Source: Candidatus Saccharimonadota bacterium (GTDB lineage: Bacteria > Patescibacteriota > Saccharimonadia > Saccharimonadales > SLHW01). From it: DNA of 64,000 nucleotides. The notes beneath the pieces were generated by a model. The model did not search any database, was not told where the DNA came from, and saw only the letters and a list, made by a program, of their open reading frames with translations. The translations under genes and the position numbers were made by a program. The stretch lies in contig JBJHDA010000001.1 of assembly GCA_050486305.1 (NCBI GenBank), forward strand, positions 563,071 through 627,070, read 5' to 3'. Shown here in pieces: positions 49,231 through 60,132 of the stretch (the stretch's first letter is position 1; every line of letters begins with the position of its first letter).

Positions 49231-50031
49231 CTACGGCTTCAGTACTTCTGCTGCCTGCTGGTATATGCTATACCACTGCTCCAGCGTTAGCTCTTGCGCC
49301 CGCTTGCTTGGGTCGATACCCGCTCCCATTAGCATATTTTCTGCCGTTGGCTTGTCTACTCGGAGGCCTGCCGCCAGGCTGCTGCGCAGTTTTTTACGAC
49401 GCGAGGCAAAGCCAGCTTTGACGAGGCGGAAAAAGGCGGACTCATCAACCTTAAACAACGGCGCGGATCGATGTTCTAATATAAGTATCTGTGAATCTAC
49501 CTTTGGCGGCGGCTGGAAAAATTCCTTTGGCACGACCATCCCAAGCATTGCCTGCCAGTAAAATTGAGCGGTGACGCTAAGCAGCGACATGTCCCCCGGT
49601 TTGGCGACGACGCGCTCGGCAACCTCTTTTTGTACCAACAATACTGCCATGACTGGGGGATTGGCAGACTCAGACAATATCCGCAACAGATGGCTGGTTA
49701 AGTAATAAGGGATGTTCGCAACTATCTTGTACGGGGCGAGCAGGTTACTAAGATCGTACGTGCGGATATCTCCCGCAACCAGCTGAAAGCTGTCACTTGG
49801 ATATGCGCTAAATCGCTGCCGCAAGCCCTTATGGAGGCTTTCGTCTATCTCTAGGGCGGTAACATTTGCGCCGGCCTCAAGCAACTTTTCTGTCAGCTCA
49901 CCCGTGCCCGGGCCGATCTCCAAAACAGTATCGCCAGCCTGCACATCGGCAGAAACGCACATCGCCTCCAGGCTGGTATCGTCATCCAGCCAGTGCTGCC
50001 CGAGTGATTTTTTAGCTTCTGGTTGATTCAT
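49231..50031 (-). CDS. rsmA: 16S rRNA (adenine1518/1519-N6)-dimethyltransferase
   Basis: KKSLGQHWL, the SAM motif VLEIGPGTGELT and NIPYY. Confidence 0.9.
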   Translation of the reverse strand: MNQPEAKKSLGQHWLDDDTSLEAMCVSADVQAGDTVLEIGPGTGELTEKLLEAGANVTALEIDESLHKGLRQRFSAYPSDSFQLVAGDIRTYDLSNLLAPYKIVANIPYYLTSHLLRILSESANPPVMAVLLVQKEVAERVVAKPGDMSLLSVTAQFYWQAMLGMVVPKEFFQPPPKVDSQILILEHRSAPLFKVDESAFFRLVKAGFASRRKKLRSSLAAGLRVDKPTAENMLMGAGIDPSKRAQELTLEQWYSIYQQAAEVLKP

Positions 50032-50485
50032 GTCGTGGCTTTCTTAGCATATAGTTAGTATCTTTTTTATTGAAGCCAAGGCTTAAATAAAGCGCTAAAG
50101 CTGCTGGTCGGTGGCTTGCAGAAGTTAGCTGGAGTGTTAACTGTTCATCATCAGCTCGTTCGATGATGTCGTGCATAAGTGCGCGGGCAATCCCTTTTCC
50201 GCGATGCTTTCGAGCTACGACGACGTCATCCACGTATCCGGTCCGTTCACTTGGAATAATCTTAGTAGTGAGCGTTGCCATGCCGACAATATTTCCAGCG
50301 TGCAAGGCCACGACTTGGTGTTGGTCCAGGCTTTCAGCAATATGCTCGATGTTTTCTTCTACTTGCTCTCGAGTCAGGGAGCGGGTTGTCAGCTCGCCCA
50401 GCAAGTTATACATCTGCGTCATGTGCCGCTTTGAAATAGGCGGCTGCAAATCTTCTACCCGAACCCGAAAGCTTTGCTCACTCAT
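50012..50485 (-). CDS. GNAT-family N-acetyltransferase
   Basis: VVVARKHRGKGIARALM is an acetyl-CoA-binding motif (motif A). Confidence 0.8.
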   Translation of the reverse strand: MSEQSFRVRVEDLQPPISKRHMTQMYNLLGELTTRSLTREQVEENIEHIAESLDQHQVVALHAGNIVGMATLTTKIIPSERTGYVDDVVVARKHRGKGIARALMHDIIERADDEQLTLQLTSASHRPAALALYLSLGFNKKDTNYMLRKPRHESTRS

Positions 50486-50907
50486 ACGTCGAGCAGGTTC
50501 AGGCCTGTGTCTTTGTCTTGCTTACGCTGTAACTTCTCGTTGCCTTGAAGCATATGCAGAAATACTTCGCAGGTGCCGCCGACAGATAGTTCTTTAACAT
50601 GACCGCCGTAGCCATTCATCGATTTATCAGAAAACGAGCCATGAATGTGCAACGCCGGCTTGCCGTCACTCCAGGCAACGTTGCCAGTTAGGCCGGTTAT
50701 TTCTAGCGTTTCATCGATTCGCTTCCAGATATACTCTTTGTTTTCCAGGTCGTAGTACCCGAGTTCTACCCACAGTGCTGCTCCGAGACCACTCAACCAG
50801 GCACCGGATATCTGCTCTTTTGCGACCAGCTCTTCTAGGCTAGCGATAAGCTGCTCGCCCTTTTCGAGCCGCACCACATAATTAAAGCCGTCAAAACGAT
50901 ATGTCAT
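50482..50907 (-). CDS. PPC (DUF296) domain protein
   Basis: The pattern YVVRLEKGEQLIASLEELVAKEQISGAWLSGLGA...HIHGSF is typical of PPC/DUF296. ATGA overlap with the GNAT gene. Confidence 0.7.
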   Translation of the reverse strand: MTYRFDGFNYVVRLEKGEQLIASLEELVAKEQISGAWLSGLGAALWVELGYYDLENKEYIWKRIDETLEITGLTGNVAWSDGKPALHIHGSFSDKSMNGYGGHVKELSVGGTCEVFLHMLQGNEKLQRKQDKDTGLNLLDV

Positions 50908-50965
50908 GCTTCAAGTTTAGCAAATGCACCATATAAGCAGTATGTCAGATTATTCACTGTTCACT

Positions 50966-52174
50966 TTAATTAGGTCGGTTTGGTAGGTTTAGTATTCGGG
51001 AACAGCCTGGGTATTGGCTATGAAAGCCGCTTATCCTGCCGTTCTGAAGCGTTAAGAAGTCCTGATCGGCAGGCGACGCTAAATCAGGTCGAACTCCTAC
51101 AAGATCAGAGCGATCAGACAAGCGTGCGATACTATCCCAGGTCGGAATCATAAACTGATACGCCCCATAGAAGCCATTGCCAGTGTTTGTCTGATAATTT
51201 CCTCCTGATTCGCACATCCTAAGATCATAGAGTATGGCCTCATTGCTTCTGCTGATCGGCTTGGTGCCTCGAACGATGATACGAGGCTTCGGACGAACGA
51301 TTACTACCTCGTGCAATACGCTGCGGCTACCGTCTTCGGCAATTTCGTAGACAACTACCCTTCTGCCTGGAGCACCTTCATCTCGTAGCTGTGTTTGCCC
51401 TGACTGCATCGTTTCGTCGTCAACATATTCTTGTTCTTGTGGGATCGCCTCCTCCTCCATGACAATCTCTTTGTCTGGATCGGTTACAAATATCGCTTCG
51501 TTTTCTGACAGTTCGGTGTCTAAATCAGGAAACACCGATGCCTCCTCTATGTTGATGTCTCGCTCTATCAGCAATTCTTCGACCGTTTTAGCGTGTGTAC
51601 GTATCTCATAATCAGCTCCGAACAGGCTCAGCATCACCGGAGTTGATCGGCGAATAATAATACTGATTGATATATTACCCTGCTGCAACACGTCAATCGC
51701 ATCAATCGGCTCTTCTACATTTTTTTCTACGATGTCTTCATCATGCACATCAATGCCAGCCGCTTTAACGATGTCAAGCGGTTCAGGTTCTGCGGTTTCG
51801 AAAAATATTCTCTCCCCCTCATCAACGATTAATACGGAGCGGGAGGTATACAAGTTTATGCGGAAATCATTTTCTAGTTCAGCCTCTACAGACGGTTCTA
51901 TTACATCTGTTTCCCGAAGTTCTATCCCGAGCCTTTCTAGTAGCTCGCCGACTGTCCTTGCACGAGTTGGTACCACCTGTTTCTCGCCGTCAACCGAAAG
52001 GGTGACGACACGTACATCACTCGCTCCGTGCGTCGTACCACCGCTACTAATAAAAAAAATGATACTTAAGAAAAACAACAACAAAAACAATGCAACCGGC
52101 AAGACCATCGGGTGCCGTCGCCAATTGTGTATGAAATGCCTCCGCTTCTGAGAACGTTTCGCTTTTTTTGTCAT
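50966..52174 (-). CDS. RpfB-like resuscitation-promoting factor (TM, DUF348 repeats, G5 domain, C-terminal transglycosylase-like domain)
   Basis: DUF348-like VTLSVDGEKQVVPTRARTVGELLERLGI. G5-like QLRDEGAPGRRVVVYE. Rpf catalytic region CESGGNYQTNTGNGFYGAYQF. Confidence 0.8.
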   Translation of the reverse strand: MTKKAKRSQKRRHFIHNWRRHPMVLPVALFLLLFFLSIIFFISSGGTTHGASDVRVVTLSVDGEKQVVPTRARTVGELLERLGIELRETDVIEPSVEAELENDFRINLYTSRSVLIVDEGERIFFETAEPEPLDIVKAAGIDVHDEDIVEKNVEEPIDAIDVLQQGNISISIIIRRSTPVMLSLFGADYEIRTHAKTVEELLIERDINIEEASVFPDLDTELSENEAIFVTDPDKEIVMEEEAIPQEQEYVDDETMQSGQTQLRDEGAPGRRVVVYEIAEDGSRSVLHEVVIVRPKPRIIVRGTKPISRSNEAILYDLRMCESGGNYQTNTGNGFYGAYQFMIPTWDSIARLSDRSDLVGVRPDLASPADQDFLTLQNGRISGFHSQYPGCSRILNLPNRPN

Positions 52175-52237
52175 CCTATCATCTCACCTTGCATGGTGGG
52201 TTCATTTACGAGAGTAACCTGCTTAATCATAGCAAAA

Positions 52238-52705
52238 TCACACCCTGTTTTCTATCAGTCCGAGCGCCTCACGGGTACTGGTGGATATGCCGTGTTGTGC
52301 AGCGTCACTGATAGGGCGCCAGCAATAATCAACGATCTCGATGGCTCGCGGCTTGAGCGCGGAAACATCCGTTACGACGGCGGAAAACGTGTGGCATGCA
52401 AAGGGTATACCGCGCTCACGCACCGTATGGATTTCACCAATTTCATGAAGTGTGTTTTCCGGTAGGCTAAGGTTAATTTCCTCTTTTACCTCGCGTTTGG
52501 CAGCCTCCAGCGGTGACTCATCTGTCTTTATGCCGCCGCCAGGCAATTGCCACTGACCAGAGTTATACCAGTTTTTCACCATGAGGACCTTGCCATCGTG
52601 AACGATAGCAACGCGAACCCGTGCGGTGCGCCGCATACGCAAGAATAATGATGGCCATGTCAGCCAAAATGCGCTGATACCGAGCAGTCTCCATAATCGC
52701 TTCAT
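52238..52705 (-). CDS. NUDIX hydrolase
   Basis: Nudix box GGGIKTDESPLEAAKREVKEEINL. Confidence 0.85.
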   Translation of the reverse strand: MKRLWRLLGISAFWLTWPSLFLRMRRTARVRVAIVHDGKVLMVKNWYNSGQWQLPGGGIKTDESPLEAAKREVKEEINLSLPENTLHEIGEIHTVRERGIPFACHTFSAVVTDVSALKPRAIEIVDYCWRPISDAAQHGISTSTREALGLIENRV

Positions 52706-52712
52706 CGTGACA

Positions 52713-54905
52713 TTACTCCGTAAGTTTCTGGACTGGCGCGAAAGAGATATTAATTTTCTTCGGCCCTTTGTTCTTAAAGTATATCGTAGCGATGTCTCCT
52801 TCCAGCTCTACGACGGTGCCTTGGCCAAATACTTGATGGGAAACGGCATCGCCTTCTGATAAGTCTGGCACGTACGTTGGCTCATCATGGGATGGTTTGG
52901 CGCCAGGAGGTTGTGGGGGCACCTCTGGTGCTCCGTAATTTTGGAATAATCCGGCTGAGCCAGGCATCGCCTCAAGCTCTGCGCCATCAACCTCGCTAAG
53001 GAAGCGGCTCGGCGGATTATGGTGCATCGCCCCAAACAGCATGCGGCTGGTAGCGTGCAGCAAATAAAGCTGTTCTTTTGCTCTGGTCATGCCCACGTAG
53101 CAGAGCCGCCGTTCCTCTTCCATTTCGTGTTGATCGAACAACGACCGCGAATGCGGAAAGATGGATTCTTCCATGCCCACCATAAACACCACCGGAAACT
53201 CCAGGCCTTTGGCGGCGTGCAGTGTCATGAGCGTTACGGCATTGCTGGAAAAATCGGCTCCATCTAAATCGCTGATAAGCGATACTTCCTCGAGGAACGT
53301 TGCCAAACCAAGCTCATCATATGCCTTGGCAACACCGATAAATTCCTTGACGTTCTCTTGACGAGATTCGCCTTGAATTGATCCGTCGCTCAGGTAATCC
53401 ATGTAGTCAATTTTGCGAATAAGCGATTCAAGCATCATCGAGAGCGGCACTTCATCTTTTTGCAGCCGCGTCTCCGACAGAATGCCATGGAGCTTGCTGA
53501 AATTCTGCTTTGCACGGGTGCTGATAGAAGAGTCCTGAACCGAACGGAACGCCGATTCTATCCCGCCAAACTCCCTGGCCAACTCGAAGAACTGCTGGAC
53601 AGACTTGGCGCCGAGCCCACGGGTTGGTGTGTTCACGATCCGCTCGAAACTTACCGTATCTTCCGGCTGGTAAATCAAGCGCAAGTAAGCGATGATGTCC
53701 TTGATTTCTTTACGGTCATAGAAACGAACTCCGCCAACGATACGGTACGGAACGCCGTAACGGATGAACATATCCTCAATCGCCCGGCTCTGGGCGTTGG
53801 TTCGGTACAGCACGGCAAAGTCCTTGTACGAGCGAAGCTTTGCCTCCGTTGCGTTGTTGATACGGTTAATAACTGCCTCTGCCTCAGCCCGCTCGTGGCT
53901 GGCTTGTATCACTTTTACCGGATTGCCGTCGCCCGCTTTGGTCCAAAGCTCCTTACTGGAGCGGTGCTTGTTCTTGGAAATAATCGCGTGGGCTGCGTCC
54001 AGTATCGCTTTAGTGCTGCGGTAATTCTGCTCGAGCTTAATAATAGCGGCGTCCGGATAATCACGCTCGAAGTTCAGAATGTTCTTAAAATCTGCTCCTC
54101 TCCATGAATAGATACTCTGCCAATCGTCCCCGACAACGGCAATATTCTGCTGCTCGCCGACTAGCAGCTTGACTAATCGATACTGTGCGTTGTTGGTGTC
54201 CTGGTACTCATCGATCATAACGTAGCGGAACTGCTGTTGCCACCGGTTACGGATTTCTTCGTGTGTGTCCAGCAGGCTGACGGTCCGCATGATAAGGTCA
54301 TCAAAATCCAGACCATGCGCCTCCTTTAATATCTGCTGATAAAGCGGATAGACTTTCGCCGCTGCATCATGAAGCGGGCCTGAGCCAGCACCGGAGAAAA
54401 GCTGTGGCGACATCAGCTCGTTTTTCGCTGAGCTTATCAGGTTAGATATCGCGCGTGGCGTGAAGCTTTTTTCATCTATCATCAGCTGCTTGCTGGCCTG
54501 CTTGATTGCTGTTAGGCGGTCTGATTCATCGAATATTACAAACGAAGACGGAATGCCAATATGTTCGCCGTCCTGGCGGAGCAAGCGAACGCAAATCCCA
54601 TGAAATGTCCCGATAAACGGCATGAAGCTGCGTGGAATATCCACTTCTGCTTCATCCAGCCGCGCGGGCTGGTAGAGCAGATCCCATATACGGCGACGCA
54701 TTTCATTGGCAGCCTTGTTGGTGAACGTGACCGCTAGAATATTATGAGGCTCCGCCTTGCCGGTATGTAACAAATTTGCAACCCGATGGGTGAGCGTTTT
54801 CGTCTTGCCTGATCCGGCACCAGCCAAAATAAGCAGTGGACCTTCTGTTGTTTCCACTGCTCGTTTTTGTTCCGGGTTTAAGTCTTCAAGGAGATTATTT
54901 GACAC
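52713..54905 (-). CDS. pcrA: ATP-dependent DNA helicase PcrA/UvrD (SF1)
   Basis: LNPEQKRAV, AGAGSGKT, VMIDEYQDTN, TLHAAKGLEF and VGMTRAK motifs. GTG start. Confidence 0.95.
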   Translation of the reverse strand: MSNNLLEDLNPEQKRAVETTEGPLLILAGAGSGKTKTLTHRVANLLHTGKAEPHNILAVTFTNKAANEMRRRIWDLLYQPARLDEAEVDIPRSFMPFIGTFHGICVRLLRQDGEHIGIPSSFVIFDESDRLTAIKQASKQLMIDEKSFTPRAISNLISSAKNELMSPQLFSGAGSGPLHDAAAKVYPLYQQILKEAHGLDFDDLIMRTVSLLDTHEEIRNRWQQQFRYVMIDEYQDTNNAQYRLVKLLVGEQQNIAVVGDDWQSIYSWRGADFKNILNFERDYPDAAIIKLEQNYRSTKAILDAAHAIISKNKHRSSKELWTKAGDGNPVKVIQASHERAEAEAVINRINNATEAKLRSYKDFAVLYRTNAQSRAIEDMFIRYGVPYRIVGGVRFYDRKEIKDIIAYLRLIYQPEDTVSFERIVNTPTRGLGAKSVQQFFELAREFGGIESAFRSVQDSSISTRAKQNFSKLHGILSETRLQKDEVPLSMMLESLIRKIDYMDYLSDGSIQGESRQENVKEFIGVAKAYDELGLATFLEEVSLISDLDGADFSSNAVTLMTLHAAKGLEFPVVFMVGMEESIFPHSRSLFDQHEMEEERRLCYVGMTRAKEQLYLLHATSRMLFGAMHHNPPSRFLSEVDGAELEAMPGSAGLFQNYGAPEVPPQPPGAKPSHDEPTYVPDLSEGDAVSHQVFGQGTVVELEGDIATIYFKNKGPKKINISFAPVQKLTE

Positions 54906-54951
54906 CTCCCCATTGTAACAAACGGGTAGTGATAATAATTACGTTTTTCGG

Positions 54952-55710
54952 TTACCAAATTGCAATGTAACCGTACTCGTGCGCAACGAAAACGACTGTT
55001 GCGATAATCGCTAGAATACTGAGCGTGATGACAACGAACTCTCGGCGCTTACGCTTGACCTGGCCGACTTTTACGAAATATGTCTTGTTTTCTATGAGAG
55101 ATTTGTACTTGTCCTCATTCGTTTCAGCATCTTGTTTTGTAGTATTCTTTTTACTTGCAGCTTGGTCAACAACCGCATCAACGATGGCGCTTTCTGACTT
55201 GTCTTCTTTTGCCTCGTTTTTGTCTGAGGTTCCTGACTCTTGATTAGATTTTGTGTCTTCTTTTTCTGGTGATGGTGCTTCTTTTTTTTCATCAGTCTTT
55301 TTATCTGGATCATCTGTGCTGGGCTCTATCTGGTCGTCTGCAGCAGGCACCTCCGCTTCGTCTTTCTGGTCGGTTGCAGGTGTGGCATTTTTCGTGCTAT
55401 CCGCTTGTTCCGCGTCATCCTTGCTTGTTTCGGTTGAGCTCGACAATGGCTGGATGGTTTTGCCGGTACCGGAAATAAACTTATTGCCGCTGCTTTGAGC
55501 CGAACCAGATGGCTGCTCTTCGTCTTTGCTCGACTGGCTTACCATTGGGTCTTGGGTCAGCCTGCTGCCACTGCCGACGATTATCGGACGGCTGGTAGAG
55601 CTTGGTTTTGACGTGCCTGGACGCGACACATCGATAACCTGACCTTTGCTTTCGCTGGATTTATTTGATGAGCTGCTTTCCTTGTCTGTTTTCTTTTTGC
55701 TGTCAGCCAT
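54952..55710 (-). CDS. Ser/Lys/Glu-rich low-complexity protein with C-terminal TM
   Basis: Track ORF. About 210 aa of disordered-looking sequence, then VVITLSILAIIATVVFVA. Confidence 0.55.
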   Translation of the reverse strand: MADSKKKTDKESSSSNKSSESKGQVIDVSRPGTSKPSSTSRPIIVGSGSRLTQDPMVSQSSKDEEQPSGSAQSSGNKFISGTGKTIQPLSSSTETSKDDAEQADSTKNATPATDQKDEAEVPAADDQIEPSTDDPDKKTDEKKEAPSPEKEDTKSNQESGTSDKNEAKEDKSESAIVDAVVDQAASKKNTTKQDAETNEDKYKSLIENKTYFVKVGQVKRKRREFVVITLSILAIIATVVFVAHEYGYIAIW

Positions 55711-55712
55711 AG

Positions 55713-56498
55713 TTAGTTGCTCTCCTCTGCCCGCCCAAGCCGGTACGCTGCGTCAACAATGCCGGAAAATTTATGGTAATTCAGACTGGCGCCGCCGACC
55801 AAAACACCGTCACAACCGTCAATCGCCAGGTATCCGCTTACACTGTGATCATCAACGCTGCCGCCGTACAAAACACGGACCTCGTTGGCAACCTTCCTGG
55901 AATATAAATCAGCTATTTGTGAACGAATAGAGGCAATTGCCTTCTCAATATCAGATGGTTTTGCTACCTGGCCGCCGAAAGTACTGATCGCCCATACTGG
56001 CTCGTATGCTATAACGGCATTCCTGACCTCCTCTGTCGTGAGATTACTAAGCGCGGTAACCACTTGGTCATGCAAAACCTGCTTTGTCTCACCCTCCAGC
56101 CGCTCTTGGTTCGTCTCGCCGACACACAGTATAGGGGTAATGTCGTTGCGGACAGCTGCCGCGACCTTATCACGCACTGTTTCCAGATTTTCTCCAAAAT
56201 GGAGGCGACGCTCCGAATGACCGACGATAACGTAATGAACAAGGTCCTTAAGCATGGTAAAGCTGACCTCTCCGGTGTAAGCACCTTCGTCTTTGAAAAA
56301 CGCATCTTGAGCCGCAAGCCGGAACTTGCGGCGGTCAATCTGCATACTTAGCGGCTGGAGCAGTAGCGTACTTGGTGCTAGCACAACCTCAATATCTCGG
56401 TGAATCTTTATCCGCTCGTGCAACCGATGCAGCAGCAGGCTTGCTTGACTCGTATTCAGATGCATCTTCCAGTTGGCAGCGATTAGGGTACGTTTCAT
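55713..56498 (-). CDS. tpiA: triose-phosphate isomerase
   Basis: AANWKMH, VGHSERR, AYEPVWAI and GGASL motifs. Confidence 0.95.
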   Translation of the reverse strand: MKRTLIAANWKMHLNTSQASLLLHRLHERIKIHRDIEVVLAPSTLLLQPLSMQIDRRKFRLAAQDAFFKDEGAYTGEVSFTMLKDLVHYVIVGHSERRLHFGENLETVRDKVAAAVRNDITPILCVGETNQERLEGETKQVLHDQVVTALSNLTTEEVRNAVIAYEPVWAISTFGGQVAKPSDIEKAIASIRSQIADLYSRKVANEVRVLYGGSVDDHSVSGYLAIDGCDGVLVGGASLNYHKFSGIVDAAYRLGRAEESN

Positions 56499-56538
56499 CG
56501 TAATAATTCCTCTTGTGCTTTATTGTAACATTTACGTG

Positions 56539-57831
56539 TCACTCTTTGTCCCATAGCGCCTCTATTCCAGGCAATGGCATCCCGGCGAGCAGCTCAAGGC
56601 TCGCTCCGCCGCCACTGGAAACATGACTGAACTGCTCAATATTATTGCTACTCTGCAGATAGCCGACCGTATCGCCGCCGCCGACAATACTGTATGGTTT
56701 ATTGCCGAACCGGCCGGAGCAAGCCTCGACAATTGTTTCGGTGCCATGGCTAAATGGTCCGACTGGGCCCTGCAGCCCTTTCACCTCTGTTACACCCATT
56801 GCACCGTTCCATATCACTGTCTTGCAAAGCTGCATAGCTCCAGCAATAAATGCACCAGAATACGGGCCAATGTCTAATATCATGTCTTCATCTGTAAGCT
56901 CGACAGCACTTGCGGCCGGTTGCTTGGGATACGCCTCGATATCTGCAAACACATGACTCCCCCAATCAACGATGTGGGTCTTGGCCTGCGCTGTCACCTC
57001 CCGGGCGACCACTGCATCTTGCGGTATATAAAAAGTAAAGTCTGATTCTTTGGAGCGTTGACTTGCAGTTTTTATAATCTCTTTTGCAAGCGGGATATCA
57101 TCTGCGTTGCTCTTGCTGTTGCCAATCTTCAACCCTTTAGCCTGCAAGAAGACATTGGCCATGGCGCCACCGATTGCGACGATATCTGCCCGCTCCACAA
57201 AGCGGCGCAGCACGTCTATTTTGTCTGACACTTTTGCGCCCCCAACAATTGCCATGAGTGGACGCTCCGGGTGTTCCATCGCATCTGCAATAGTGCCAGC
57301 CTCTTTTTCTAGGAGCAAGCCGGCAACGCTTGGTAGGTGCTTGGTGATCGCATCTGTCGAGGCATGCGCACGATGAACGACACCAAACCCGTCCTGCACA
57401 AATACTTCGCCGTGCTGAGCCAGCTTCTGGGCAAAATCATCGTCGTTTGCTTCTTCTTCTGAATAATAGCGCAGGTTTTCCAACAGTAAGATGTCACCAG
57501 GCTGAAGTTTCTCTACTTTCTGCCGCGCTTCTTCACCAATACAATCGCTGGCAAATTGGACATCGCGGTTAAACCGTTCTGCCAGCCGCTTTGCCACCGG
57601 CTCTAGTGAAAGGTGCGAATCATGCTTGTCCTTCGGCCGACCCAGATGCGAGATGATAACAATCGAACATGCTTGCTCGAGCAAGTATTGCAGCGTCGGC
57701 AAAGACTGAGTTATCCGGTAATCGTCTGTTATATTGCCGGATTCATCAATCGGCACATTATAGTCAGCGCGTAGCAGCACCTTTTTTCCGTGAAGGTCGT
57801 ATTCGTTAACCGTTCGCTTCCAGAAACCCAT
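56539..57831 (-). CDS. pgk: phosphoglycerate kinase
   Basis: RADYNVP, SHLGRP, GGAKVSDKI and WNGAMGV motifs. Confidence 0.95.
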   Translation of the reverse strand: MGFWKRTVNEYDLHGKKVLLRADYNVPIDESGNITDDYRITQSLPTLQYLLEQACSIVIISHLGRPKDKHDSHLSLEPVAKRLAERFNRDVQFASDCIGEEARQKVEKLQPGDILLLENLRYYSEEEANDDDFAQKLAQHGEVFVQDGFGVVHRAHASTDAITKHLPSVAGLLLEKEAGTIADAMEHPERPLMAIVGGAKVSDKIDVLRRFVERADIVAIGGAMANVFLQAKGLKIGNSKSNADDIPLAKEIIKTASQRSKESDFTFYIPQDAVVAREVTAQAKTHIVDWGSHVFADIEAYPKQPAASAVELTDEDMILDIGPYSGAFIAGAMQLCKTVIWNGAMGVTEVKGLQGPVGPFSHGTETIVEACSGRFGNKPYSIVGGGDTVGYLQSSNNIEQFSHVSSGGGASLELLAGMPLPGIEALWDKE

Positions 57832-57852
57832 TTCCCCACCTCTTTTGTTCTA

Positions 57853-59283
57853 TTATAGTACACGCACCTTTATCGTATCCGTCGTTCCGACGACGCCGGG
57901 ATGTTTTCCGGAGGCCGAAACGATGATGTCATCTTTTTTTAGGACTCTTTTATGCTTTAGCCAGTCTGTTAACTTTGATGCTGCGTGCTTGTCATCAGGC
58001 CGGACGTAGCTCTTTACTCCGTAAACGATAGAAAGCTGCTGTGCAACTCTGGTGTCCGACGTAACAGCAATGAGCGGTCTGCCGAGTCGCCGAGATGCAA
58101 TCTGCAGCGCCGTTGCGCCGGATTTTGTCTCTGCCACGACTGCCTGGGCATCGACCTCTCCTGCCAAGTGAATAATCGCGTTACAGATTGCAGCTTGTTT
58201 TGTCTCATCCGCGTAGTGATCAAACTGCGGTGTAACTGGTGAATTTGCTTGAGTGAATAATATTATCCGCTTCATTACCTGTACTGCCTGTATCGGGTAC
58301 TGGCCGCTGGCGGTTTCATCCGACAGCATGACGCAATCCGCACCAACGATTACGGCAGTTGCTACATCTGATACTTCAGCCCGAGTCGGATCTGGCACCT
58401 CTGTCATGGTGGCGAGCATCTGGGTGGCAACGATAACTGGCTTACTGTAGCGAATCCCCAGCCCAATTGCATGACGCTGTACGATCGGCACAGACTCCGG
58501 CTGAGTTTCGATAGCCAGGTCACCCCGGGCGACCATAACAGCGTCTACCGACTTTATAATGCTTTCTAGATTATCTACCCCTGCTTTTGTTTCAATTTTC
58601 GCGATAATGCGGGATTTACTGCCAAGGTTTCGCAATATCTTCTGGAGCGCGCGGATATCGTCGGCAGACTGAACAAAACTGAGCGCCACGTAGTCGATAT
58701 CGTGCTCTGAGCCGAAAATGACGTCTTTTTTATCTTTTTTGGTTATGATATCGCCGCCAAAATCGGTATCGGGCAAGTTAATACCCTTCCGCTTGATGAG
58801 AATACCCTCATTTTGTGCCCGCACATGAACCACACCATCACGCACGCTGGTCACAATTGTCTGTACTTTACCGTCATATAGAAAGAGGCGCTCTCCGCGC
58901 TTGACCTTTTTACTTAGGTCATACTGCGTCGGCAAATGACCGCTCCGCTCATAGTCTGCTTCGTAAGCCAAGGCAAAACTCTGACCTTCTTGTACGGTAT
59001 ATACGCCATCAAAATCGCCCAGACGAATCTTTGGCCCTTGCAGATCCTGAATAATAGCGACCGGCTTACCGTATTCTTTCGCGGCTTTACGAATCCACTT
59101 TATCTGGCGCTCCCGCTCCTCATATGTGCCATGGCTAAAGTTCAGCCGAAGACCGTTCGCCCCGGCTTTAATCAGGGCAAGTATCTGATCGTAACTATCT
59201 GTTGCCGGACCGATCGTTGCGATTATCTTCGTGCGCTTAAATTTATCAATGGGCACATTTGGTGCCTTTTCTGTTGTGCTCAT
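57853..59283 (-). CDS. pyk: pyruvate kinase
   Basis: TKIIATIGPA, NFSHG, MVARGDL and the C-terminal regulatory domain. Confidence 0.95.
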   Translation of the reverse strand: MSTTEKAPNVPIDKFKRTKIIATIGPATDSYDQILALIKAGANGLRLNFSHGTYEERERQIKWIRKAAKEYGKPVAIIQDLQGPKIRLGDFDGVYTVQEGQSFALAYEADYERSGHLPTQYDLSKKVKRGERLFLYDGKVQTIVTSVRDGVVHVRAQNEGILIKRKGINLPDTDFGGDIITKKDKKDVIFGSEHDIDYVALSFVQSADDIRALQKILRNLGSKSRIIAKIETKAGVDNLESIIKSVDAVMVARGDLAIETQPESVPIVQRHAIGLGIRYSKPVIVATQMLATMTEVPDPTRAEVSDVATAVIVGADCVMLSDETASGQYPIQAVQVMKRIILFTQANSPVTPQFDHYADETKQAAICNAIIHLAGEVDAQAVVAETKSGATALQIASRRLGRPLIAVTSDTRVAQQLSIVYGVKSYVRPDDKHAASKLTDWLKHKRVLKKDDIIVSASGKHPGVVGTTDTIKVRVL

Positions 59284-59357
59284 ACTTATTCTAGTATAAG
59301 CATATCCGTTGCGGAGGCAACAGTTTATTTACCGAGGAATGACGACTGGACTATAAT

Positions 59358-60098
59358 GTGTTCATGACATACTCGAAGCAAGATATCTCAAGCCTCGGTA
59401 GTATACTCGGCCTTTGGGCCCATCCTGACGACGAGACATGGTCATCCGCCGGTGTTATGGCAGCAGCGATAGAAAACGGCCAGCGGGTCTTTGTGCTTAC
59501 GGCCACGAACGGAGATGCCGGCGAAACAGCAGATGAAGAAAAATGGGCGCAAACCTCACTGGCTGACATACGCAAAGAAGAGCTCGCTCAAGCATTAGCT
59601 GCCGTCGGTGTAGTTGATATGCATGCAGTGCTCGATTATAAAGATGGTTTCCTGAAAGATGTACCTGACGGTGAAGCCTTGGAGGAAATCAGCCGATACA
59701 TTGATGAATTTTCTCCCGACACAATTCTTACGTTTGAGCCCAACGGTATCACCGGACATGATGATCATAAGACCGTCTCTCGCTGGGCGCAGCGGATAGC
59801 CGAGAGCTCAAGCAAAGACATGACTGTTTATGGTGCCACTGACACGGAAGAATCTTATGAATCCGTCGGCAAGAAGGCTCATGAGCTATTTAATATTTAC
59901 TTTGCAACCGATAAGCCCGTTCTCCGCAAAGAAACCGACGTAGACATCTGCTATCACCTGCCAGAAGACTCTCGGCGTAAAAAGCGGCGAGCTCTTGAGG
60001 CACATGCCAGCCAAACAGCTCCATTGTTTGAGAACGGCATCGGCAAAAAATTACTCAATCAGACAACAAAAACAGAGTGCTTTGTTCGACTAAATTAA
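59358..60098 (+). CDS. PIG-L/LmbE-family deacetylase
   Basis: WAHPDDE motif and a later HxDH context (GHDDHK). Confidence 0.8.
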   Translation: MFMTYSKQDISSLGSILGLWAHPDDETWSSAGVMAAAIENGQRVFVLTATNGDAGETADEEKWAQTSLADIRKEELAQALAAVGVVDMHAVLDYKDGFLKDVPDGEALEEISRYIDEFSPDTILTFEPNGITGHDDHKTVSRWAQRIAESSSKDMTVYGATDTEESYESVGKKAHELFNIYFATDKPVLRKETDVDICYHLPEDSRRKKRRALEAHASQTAPLFENGIGKKLLNQTTKTECFVRLN

Positions 60099-60132
60099 GT
60101 ACTTAATTTATTATTTTGGAATATATTGCTAT

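Noticed and set aside
59285-59357. ATACTTATTCTAGTATAAGCAT in the pyk/PIG-L divergent region as another palindrome-family member.
   Set aside because: The arms match only imperfectly (ATACTTA / TAAGCAT) and lack the TTGC core and A/T tracts. It is probably just AT-rich promoter DNA.
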